Assembly: GCA_947585605.1 (NCBI GenBank)
Contig: CANPXC010000001.1
Coordinates: forward strand, 1 to 45,362
Direction: 5' to 3'
DNA: 45,362 nucleotides
DNA from: Candidatus Gastranaerophilales bacterium
GTDB taxonomy: Bacteria > Cyanobacteriota > Vampirovibrionia > Gastranaerophilales > Gastranaerophilaceae
The translations under genes were made by a program, and so were the position numbers. Below the pieces are notes generated by a model. That model had not been told where the DNA came from. It saw only the letters and a list, made by a program, of their open reading frames with translations, and searched no databases. Below, in pieces: positions 26,672 to 34,460 of the stretch. The number at the start of each line of letters is the position of its first letter. The stretch's first letter is position 1.

Positions 26672-29173
26672 ATGAAAAAATTATTAGGGAGTGCAATTGC
26701 ATTAAGTGTTGTTTTTTCAACTTCACTTCTAAGTCCTGTATTCGCCGCAGGTGTTCTGGATCCAAATACTTTGCCTGATTTAAACAGAGCTGAAAACGGT
26801 AAAGTCGGTATCGGCGATAATCATGATATGAATGTTCAGGTACAAGGCGGGCAAGGTAGTGTAGGTCAATTCTGGTGGAATAATTTTAATGTCGGAAGTA
26901 ATGCTTCCGTAAATTTTGAATTTTCGGCACATAATCAAACCGCATTGAATAAAGTAGAACAAACAGGCGGTATGTCGCAAATATTCGGTCAAATAACAAA
27001 TTCGGGATGTGCGACTTGCGGTTATGAAGGAACGGGGAAAGTAATACTTATCAACCCAAACGGTGTATTGTTCGGCGACGGCGCAAATGTTAACTTAAAT
27101 TCTTTTACAGTTTCAACATTTAACGGTGATTATGATTCAAACTCAGGCGCATTGAAACTTCAAAGACAAGAAAACGCAGGCGATATTAATGTAATGGGTA
27201 ATGCCCGCATACATGGTGAAGAAGGCGTAAATTTTGCGGCTACAAATATAAATTTATATAACGGTTCTAAAATCTCAACAGGATTAGCTAATAATTTTAA
27301 TAATAATACCTCTGCAATGGGAAAAGTAAAATTGGTTACGGGTGATGGAGTTACATTTAATTATTACAACAGCGGTTCCGTAAAAGATGCGGATGTAAAA
27401 ACCTCAAAAGATAAAATGGTAATACAGGTTAACGGCGAAATAGAAGCCGGAAATATTGATATAAGAAATTATTCAAGCAATGAAGGAAGCCAAATAAATT
27501 TAAAGAATGCAAATTTAAAAGCTGTTAAGGCAGTAAAAGGCAATGACGGCAGTATTTGGCTGACAGCTGCAAATGATATTGTAATCGGAGAATCAAATAT
27601 TACAACATCTAATGCTGAAGGCGCCGAAAATCCAACGGGCGGTGATGTGTTAATCCAAGCGGGAAGAAAAGTTACATTACGTTCTTCCGAAGACGGAGAA
27701 GTTAAAACAATTGTTAATGCCGTTGGTAATGTTGATTTGATATCAACAAAATCCGATGTTCTTTTAAACGACTCAATAGTTAATGCCGCAGGCAAGGTTA
27801 ATGTAACAGCTGCTAATGTTGCTGCTCTTGAAAACGGAGCTAAAATTAAATCAGGAGCTGATATTACTTTGAACGGTAAAAACAGAACTCAAATTATTGA
27901 CGGCTCGGATGTAACAGCTGAAAACGGAAATATATTAATTCTTTCTGATAAACTGGTTTGGGCTGCAAATGGTGCAAAAGTTACGGCAAATAACGGTAAT
28001 GTTAATGTTGAATCTCAAAGCGGAGATATACAATTATCAGATACAACCTTAAGTGCTGACAACAATGATGTAACTTTAAAATCGGCAGGGTCTATAACAT
28101 CTGAAAAATTAAAAGGTTCAATTTTAGCAGGCAGAAATGTCGGCTTGGAATCAACTCAAAAGGATGTAATTCTTTCCTCCGTTTCTCAGTTTGAAACACC
28201 GCAAGACGGAGCATTTAATCTTAAAGCTGCTAATAACGTTGAAATTAACTCGGAAGCTGATTTAAACTTAAATGACAAAAATTACAACTTTGAAGCAGGC
28301 AATAATATATTTTTAACCTCTCAAGGAGATGTAAATATTGACAGGCACTCAGGTTTCATATCAGCTGAAAATATTTACGTAACTTCCGGTAATAATTTAA
28401 ATATAGATACGGATTTAAATAACATACAAACAAATTTATCTGCGGGAAATGATTTAACAGCAACGCTTAGTAATGCAGGAACCCGTGAAAAAGGTTTAAT
28501 AGCAACAGCAGTAAATGATATGACGATAAATTCGGACGGAACGCTATATTTATCAAAATTGGTATCGGGCAATAACATGACATTAAATGCCGATAAAATT
28601 GCAGCAGCTGCACCGTTTACGGAGGAATATTTAAAGGAAGAAGGTGACAGCACGGGCAGAGCATATATAGAAGCAGGCGGAATTTTTGAAACATCAGCCG
28701 ATTATACAATAACTGACTCTGCCGAAAAAGTTCAGACAAACGGTAAAATATACGGCGACAGACATCATCTGTATTTTGAAGGCGAAAACGGTGAAAATGA
28801 AAATTTCCTTCTTGTAAATAAAAAACAAATAGGGACCTCTCCTTCTACTGAAATACCGGAACCTGAAATACCGGAAATTCCGAGTACGGAAGATAAAGAA
28901 GTTGTAGATCCCGATAATTTAGGCGGAGATGTTGATCCTTCAATCCCAGGCGGCGGAGAAGTAAAACCCCCTGTTGATCCGGATAAAGAATGTGAAAAAG
29001 AACCAGAAAATCAAGAAATAAATCCGGAAGAACATCCGCAATTGCCCGAAGTTGATTATGGAGATTACGGCGACGGCGGTGACTCAAGAGTTGAAGACGG
29101 AGATTTAGACTTATCAAGTATATCAAACACCGTTTCATCATATATCTTTGAACAAGAAGTTAAAAAACATTAA
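26672..29173 (+). CDS. TpsA-like secreted beta-helix protein 1 (haemagglutination-activity/TPS domain), 833 aa
   Basis: ATG 26672 follows GGAGAG. Signal peptide. TPS-domain blocks FNVG..ASV.FEFS...ALN.VE..G.SQI.G and LINPNGVLFGDGANVNLNSFTVST. Repetitive beta-helix-type sequence, acidic Pro-rich tail. Confidence 0.85.
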   Translation: MKKLLGSAIALSVVFSTSLLSPVFAAGVLDPNTLPDLNRAENGKVGIGDNHDMNVQVQGGQGSVGQFWWNNFNVGSNASVNFEFSAHNQTALNKVEQTGGMSQIFGQITNSGCATCGYEGTGKVILINPNGVLFGDGANVNLNSFTVSTFNGDYDSNSGALKLQRQENAGDINVMGNARIHGEEGVNFAATNINLYNGSKISTGLANNFNNNTSAMGKVKLVTGDGVTFNYYNSGSVKDADVKTSKDKMVIQVNGEIEAGNIDIRNYSSNEGSQINLKNANLKAVKAVKGNDGSIWLTAANDIVIGESNITTSNAEGAENPTGGDVLIQAGRKVTLRSSEDGEVKTIVNAVGNVDLISTKSDVLLNDSIVNAAGKVNVTAANVAALENGAKIKSGADITLNGKNRTQIIDGSDVTAENGNILILSDKLVWAANGAKVTANNGNVNVESQSGDIQLSDTTLSADNNDVTLKSAGSITSEKLKGSILAGRNVGLESTQKDVILSSVSQFETPQDGAFNLKAANNVEINSEADLNLNDKNYNFEAGNNIFLTSQGDVNIDRHSGFISAENIYVTSGNNLNIDTDLNNIQTNLSAGNDLTATLSNAGTREKGLIATAVNDMTINSDGTLYLSKLVSGNNMTLNADKIAAAAPFTEEYLKEEGDSTGRAYIEAGGIFETSADYTITDSAEKVQTNGKIYGDRHHLYFEGENGENENFLLVNKKQIGTSPSTEIPEPEIPEIPSTEDKEVVDPDNLGGDVDPSIPGGGEVKPPVDPDKECEKEPENQEINPEEHPQLPEVDYGDYGDGGDSRVEDGDLDLSSISNTVSSYIFEQEVKKH
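26771..27625 (+). repeat. Conserved 855-nt TPS module, copy 1 (dispersed direct repeat)
   Basis: From LPDLNRAENG to NAEGA. Collinear without gaps with 29443..30297; long stretches are nearly identical at nucleotide level by eye. Confidence 0.75.
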
Positions 29174-29361
29174 TTATAAAACTTCGGAGGGATAATAAAT
29201 AAGCCGGTGTAAAGCCGCTCGCAAATATATTCCTCCGGAAAAGTTCAAAAAGTAATATATTAAATTTTATTAATTAGTCAAAAGAAAAGTGACAAAAAAA
29301 TTTATAAATTGTTTTTTGAGCAAAAGTGAAAAAGTGAGTAGTTTATAATGGAGAATAAATC

Positions 29362-32115
29362 GTGAAAAGACTATTAATTTCCGCAATGGCTGTTAGTGTG
29401 ATATCATTATCCGCTTTAGCTGCAGACCTTCCCGGAAATATACTTCCGGATTTTAACCGTGCAGAAAACGGAAGTGTTAATTACGGCGATAAAAATGATT
29501 TGAATGTAAAAGTAGAAGGGCAGCAAGGAACTGTAGGCTCTTTCTGGTGGAACAGTTTCAATGTAGGCAAAGACGCCTCGGTTAATTTTGAATTCTCGGG
29601 ACACAATCAAACCGCATTAAACCGAGTTGAACAAGGCGGCGGTATGTCGCAAATATACGGTCAAATAACAAATTCAGGATGTGCAACATGCGGTTATGCA
29701 GGCACGGGAAAAGTTATTTTGATTAATCCTAACGGTGTATTATTCGGCGACGGCGCTAATGTTAACTTAAATTCCTTTACAGTTTCTACATTTGACGGAA
29801 ATTATAATAATGACACGAAAACGTTAGACCTTACAAGAACACAAAAATCCGGTGATATTAATGTATTAAAAGGTGCAACCATATTTGGTGATGAAGGTGT
29901 AAATTTTGCGGCAAGCAATATTAATCTTTATAACGGTTCAAAAATTTCCACAAATATCGGAAACAATTTTAATAACGGTACCGCAGCAATGGGTAAAGTT
30001 AAAATTGTTACCGGTGACGGCGTAACATTTAAATACTATAACAGCGGTGCTATTGATAATGTAAAAGCACAAACCTCAAAAGACAAAATGGTTATTCAGG
30101 TAAACGGTGAAATAACCGCGGGGAATATTGATATAAGAAATTATTCTACTCATGGCGAAAGCCAAACGAACTTGTTAAGCTCTAAATTAAAAGCTGTTAA
30201 AGCCGTTCAAGGTAATGACGGTAATATTTGGTTAACTGCAACTAATAACGTAATTGTAGGTAATGCAAATATAAGTACGGAAAAAGCTGAAGGCGCGTCA
30301 GGTAATGGTGCTAACGTCTACTTCCAATCCGGAAAAAAACTTACATTAAGAGATTCTAAAGTTAATTCCGCAGGTGATGTAAATTTTGATTCTTCAAATT
30401 ACGATGTAGTACTTGATAATGCAAAAGTAACAGCTTCAGGTAACGTAAAAATTGACGCGGGAGCTATAGCTTCCGTTCAAAACGGCTCCGTAATTGATAC
30501 ATATAACGGACGCGGTAATGTTGAAATAACGGGAAGAAACGGCAGAGCGCAAGTTATCAAATCAACCGTTAATGCCGGAAAAGATTTTAAATTGGAATCT
30601 CAAAAGTCTGATATTTATGTACAAAAATCAAATGTTAAAACAGCCGGTGAAGCAAGTTACATTGCTAAAGAAGGTAAGGCCGATATAACAGATGACAGTC
30701 TTACTGCCGGAAAGGCTATTAATATTGAAACAAAAGATGACATTTTAGCTTCTAATTTAAGAAACACTATATTTATGAGTACTAATGATATTAATTTAAA
30801 ATCAGATGGTAATATAAAACTCCAGGGTACAAAAGAACTCAACGCAATAAGAGGCAAAATAACCCTTACCGCAGGTGAAAATATAGAGCTGGTTAATACT
30901 GCCCAAGCTGATGATAAAGGCAGCGCCGATTTGGAATTACGCTGGAGAGAATTGGACTTAAATGCCGGTAAAGATATTAAATTGGCGTCTGAACACGGTA
31001 ATGTTTACATGAACAGCAGCAGCTCTTCAAAAATTGATTTCCAAAAAGCAAACAACATTGAAGTTTCTGCCGATAAAGACATTACATTAAAAGATGTTGA
31101 TTTTAAAGACTATAATACAAATATAAAAGCGGGTAATACATTAAATTACTCAAGCAGCGCAAAGGCAAATGAAGACGGCTCTGCTAATATGGGAATTTTC
31201 GGTAAAGATAACGTAAATATTGAAGCAGCAAACGCAAAATTCTCATATAACCACGGTGATATTACTCTTACAGGTGACCAAATTAACTCCAAATTAAAAA
31301 ACGTAAGCAGCGGTATCGGTTTTGCCGCAAAAGAAGGTAATTTGACCATAACAGACGGTGATTTTACCGGAAAACAAGCTGATCTTGAAGCCGGTAAAAA
31401 TATGACGTTAACCAACTTAAAAGGCGTAACCGATAAAGAAAAAGGCTTAATCGCAAAAGCAGGGAATGAAATGACAATCTCAACCGCTGACAATACTGAT
31501 TTAGCAGTATCAAGCTTAGTATCCGGCGGAAAAATGAAACTTACATTAAGCGGTGAACAAGGTCAAACGGGTAAACTGATTGCAGGTCAACAACCAAAAG
31601 GTGAAGACGGTCACGGCTTGCATTCTTTCAATGAAACCGGAGATTCCGATAATAACGCATATATTGAAGCAGGTGGGGATTTATATGTATATACAGACTC
31701 CAGCGCTAAACATGGAAAAAGATATAACAATTCCGGAAGCTCCACAAGCAGTGATAAAATCCAAAAAGGAAAATTAGTCGGCGGTGAAGGTGAATTCTTA
31801 TATACAATAAAACCTGCACCTGCAGTTGATACGGAAGCACAACACTGGCATGACGCACCGGCTCAGGGCGTAAACTTTAAAGACTATGAAGACCACTACA
31901 CAGTAGAAGACAGTCATGGCAATGAATATACTGTATACGATGAAACTCAAACATATAACGAAGATGGGGAACCCCAATGGTCGTATAAAATTAAAAAAGT
32001 ACAGCCAAACGGTGACATTTATTTATATGAAGATGAAACACTGCAAAAATATTCATGGTACAGAAAAGAAATGGACGGTTGGTTTATCGGCAGTATGGAC
32101 GAAGAAATAGATTAA
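29362..32115 (+). CDS. TpsA-like secreted beta-helix protein 2, 917 aa
   Basis: GTG start follows GGAGA (29350-29354). Signal peptide. The TPS module is highly similar to protein 1. Longer repeat region, aromatic/acidic tail. Confidence 0.85.
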   Translation: MKRLLISAMAVSVISLSALAADLPGNILPDFNRAENGSVNYGDKNDLNVKVEGQQGTVGSFWWNSFNVGKDASVNFEFSGHNQTALNRVEQGGGMSQIYGQITNSGCATCGYAGTGKVILINPNGVLFGDGANVNLNSFTVSTFDGNYNNDTKTLDLTRTQKSGDINVLKGATIFGDEGVNFAASNINLYNGSKISTNIGNNFNNGTAAMGKVKIVTGDGVTFKYYNSGAIDNVKAQTSKDKMVIQVNGEITAGNIDIRNYSTHGESQTNLLSSKLKAVKAVQGNDGNIWLTATNNVIVGNANISTEKAEGASGNGANVYFQSGKKLTLRDSKVNSAGDVNFDSSNYDVVLDNAKVTASGNVKIDAGAIASVQNGSVIDTYNGRGNVEITGRNGRAQVIKSTVNAGKDFKLESQKSDIYVQKSNVKTAGEASYIAKEGKADITDDSLTAGKAINIETKDDILASNLRNTIFMSTNDINLKSDGNIKLQGTKELNAIRGKITLTAGENIELVNTAQADDKGSADLELRWRELDLNAGKDIKLASEHGNVYMNSSSSSKIDFQKANNIEVSADKDITLKDVDFKDYNTNIKAGNTLNYSSSAKANEDGSANMGIFGKDNVNIEAANAKFSYNHGDITLTGDQINSKLKNVSSGIGFAAKEGNLTITDGDFTGKQADLEAGKNMTLTNLKGVTDKEKGLIAKAGNEMTISTADNTDLAVSSLVSGGKMKLTLSGEQGQTGKLIAGQQPKGEDGHGLHSFNETGDSDNNAYIEAGGDLYVYTDSSAKHGKRYNNSGSSTSSDKIQKGKLVGGEGEFLYTIKPAPAVDTEAQHWHDAPAQGVNFKDYEDHYTVEDSHGNEYTVYDETQTYNEDGEPQWSYKIKKVQPNGDIYLYEDETLQKYSWYRKEMDGWFIGSMDEEID
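29443..30297 (+). repeat. Conserved 855-nt TPS module, copy 2
   Basis: From LPDFNRAENG to KAEGA; same length as copy 1. Confidence 0.75.
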
Positions 32116-32143
32116 TCTCTTCATAATATGAAAAATATAGTCA

Positions 32144-32170
32144 AAAGAGCAGTATTTACTGCTCTTTATG
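32144..32170 (+). terminator. Probable terminator after tpsA-like gene 2
   Basis: Perfect 10-bp stem AAAGAGCAGT (32144-32153) / ACTGCTCTTT (32158-32167), loop ATTT. The downstream U-tract is weak. Confidence 0.5.
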
Positions 32171-32400
32171 CTGTGTTAAGAAATTTTAACAAAATCGAAT
32201 AAAAATGTAAATTTTTCAGACAGAAAAGTTTTTATATAGTATATATAGAGTATATTATTTTTTTAAGAGAGATTTAAATTTAAAAAAATGTAACAATAAA
32301 AAAACAATATGTAAAAAATATAGCAATTTTTTTTTTCACAATATTTAAGTTATTTGTAACAAGTAAAATTATTAAGCAAAAAATATAAAGGAAGAAGAAC

Positions 32401-34353
32401 ATGAAAGACATGAAAAAATTATTAAGTACAACAATCGCTGTTGGTATCTTAGCGGTAACTTCATCTGCTCCGGCATTTGCACTTGCAGATAATGCATTAC
32501 CAAACATTGATTCATTCCAACATGGTAGTGTTACTAACGGACAAAATAATGATTTAAAAGTTAAAGTTGATGGTGCCGAAGGTACAGTTGGTGAATTTTT
32601 ATGGAACAGTTTCAATGTCGGTAAAAATGCATCAGTTGATTTTGAATTCAGCGCTCATAACCAAACAGCATTAAACAGAGTTAAAGAAACAGGCGGCTTA
32701 TCTGAAATCTACGGAAGCATTACAAACTCAGGTTGTGCAGGTTGTAACTATGCAGGAACGGGTAAAATTATATTAATCAACCCAAACGGTGTATTATTCG
32801 GTGACGGCGCAAATGTTAATGTAAACTCATTTACAGTATCTACATTTGATGGTCAATATAATAAAGATTCACAAGAATTAGTATTAAACAGAAACGGTAA
32901 AGTATCCGGTGATAAAGGCGGCATTACAATTGATAAAGGTGCTGTTCTTAAAGGCGATAAAGGCGTACATTTAGTTTCTGATAAAGTTAATATTCTTAAA
33001 GGTTCTCAAATTTCTACAAGTATTGTTCCGAATGCTAACAACAATACTGACGCATTAGGAAAAGTTAAAATCGTTACTTCAGACGGTGTTACATTCCAAT
33101 ATCACGTTAGCGGTGCAGTAGATAAAGTTAAAGATGTTAAAGCTTCTTCTCAAAAAATGGTATTAAATGTTAACGGTAATATAGATGCAGGTCATATTGA
33201 AATCGCTAACTATTCAACACATGCAGATAGTGAAGTTAACTTAAACGGTGCTAACTTAAAAGCTACTAAAGCTGTTAGAGGTAACGATGGTAATATTTGG
33301 TTAACTGCTAACAACAGAGTTGTAATCGATGACTCTCAATTAACAACAGTTAACGGCGGAAACATCGATATCCTTGCAGGTAATAAAGTTTCTGTAGGTT
33401 CAAGCACGCTTAACGCTTCCGGTAACTTAATAGCTAATTCTCAAAACGGTGATTTAGTTGTTGACGGTTCTAATCTTACATCTGCAAAAGATGTTAAACT
33501 TACGGCAAAGAAAATTGCTTCAGTTCAAAAGAAAGAACGTGGTAACTCTACAATCAAAGGTGATAATATAACAATCACAGGTTCAGACGCTTGGACTAAC
33601 GGTGCTACAATGACAGCTTCCAAGAACTTAACTCTTAAAGCTGAAACAGGTGATGTTGTTTCTAACTCTTCTACTTTAAAAGCAGATAAAATCACATTAG
33701 ACGCTAAAGGAAATGTTTCAGGAAACGCTGATGTAACTGAAAGCAATACAAACATCACAGCAGGTAAAGATATCAATGTTAAATTAAAAAATGTAGGCAA
33801 CAGAGAACACGGTTTAATTGCTGAAGCTGATCAATCAGTTACAGTTGAAACAGACGGTACATTATCAATATCAAGATTAGTTGCTAAAAATGGTGATATG
33901 AACATCAAAGCTAAAAACGTAATCGCCGGCAAACCTTATACAAATGAAGAAAAAGTTCAAAACGGTGATACAAGCGAAAGATCTTACATCTACGTTGAAC
34001 ACGGTAAATTCAATTCTCAAACATCTGAAGACAGCTATACAATCTCAGCTTCTGATAAACCTATCAACGGCGGTAAAGAAAACTTAAGACACCATATCGA
34101 ATATGGTAACGGCGAAGAAAAAATCTTATTAATCAACCCTCAACCAGCTCCGGCTGTTGAACCCGGTCCTTCAGCAGATGTTACAAGACCTGTAGTATCA
34201 GTAAACGATGATCAAGCTTCAATGTTAAACAAATTACCTCGTCAACCTGAAACAATTAAAGTTAACAACGCAATTAAAAATAACAAAACTCAATTAGTAG
34301 ATGTATATGCGGCAGCTAGCCAAATTGAAATCGAAGATGACGAAGAAGAATAA
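32401..34353 (+). CDS. TpsA-like secreted beta-helix protein 3, 650 aa
   Basis: SD AAGGAAG. Signal peptide ...SSAPAFA. Same TPS blocks (LINPNGVLFGDGANVNVNSFTVST). More diverged from 1 and 2 than they are from each other. Confidence 0.85.
   Translation: MKDMKKLLSTTIAVGILAVTSSAPAFALADNALPNIDSFQHGSVTNGQNNDLKVKVDGAEGTVGEFLWNSFNVGKNASVDFEFSAHNQTALNRVKETGGLSEIYGSITNSGCAGCNYAGTGKIILINPNGVLFGDGANVNVNSFTVSTFDGQYNKDSQELVLNRNGKVSGDKGGITIDKGAVLKGDKGVHLVSDKVNILKGSQISTSIVPNANNNTDALGKVKIVTSDGVTFQYHVSGAVDKVKDVKASSQKMVLNVNGNIDAGHIEIANYSTHADSEVNLNGANLKATKAVRGNDGNIWLTANNRVVIDDSQLTTVNGGNIDILAGNKVSVGSSTLNASGNLIANSQNGDLVVDGSNLTSAKDVKLTAKKIASVQKKERGNSTIKGDNITITGSDAWTNGATMTASKNLTLKAETGDVVSNSSTLKADKITLDAKGNVSGNADVTESNTNITAGKDINVKLKNVGNREHGLIAEADQSVTVETDGTLSISRLVAKNGDMNIKAKNVIAGKPYTNEEKVQNGDTSERSYIYVEHGKFNSQTSEDSYTISASDKPINGGKENLRHHIEYGNGEEKILLINPQPAPAVEPGPSADVTRPVVSVNDDQASMLNKLPRQPETIKVNNAIKNNKTQLVDVYAAASQIEIEDDEEE
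32497..33345 (+). repeat. Conserved TPS module, copy 3 (more diverged)
   Basis: From LPNIDSFQHG to DDSQLTT. Alignable with copies 1 and 2 at protein level, with different synonymous codon choices. Confidence 0.65.
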
Positions 34354-34370
34354 GAAGCAAAGATAAATTT

Positions 34371-34402
34371 AAAAAAGGAACCTCAAAAAGGTTCCTTTTT
34401 TA
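34371..34402 (+). terminator. Rho-independent terminator after tpsA-like gene 3
   Basis: GGAACC (34377-34382) / GGTTCC (34390-34395), 7-nt loop, A-run before and T6 after. Confidence 0.75.
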
Positions 34403-34460
34403 TTGACTTAATTTTTTCGTTTAAGTAACATATTATTGGGATATGAGGGAATTTGAATTT

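Noticed and set aside
32280-32615. 111-aa minus-strand ORF across the tpsA3 start
   Set aside because: It overlaps the signal-peptide region of a confidently called gene and AT-rich intergenic DNA. It is low-complexity with no SD.
26672-34353. Interpretation of the TpsA array as a CdiA-type contact-dependent inhibition toxin/immunity system
   Set aside because: There is no VENN or other known pretoxin motif. The tails are short and acidic or disordered rather than nuclease- or pore-former-like. No small immunity-sized ORF follows any of the three genes.
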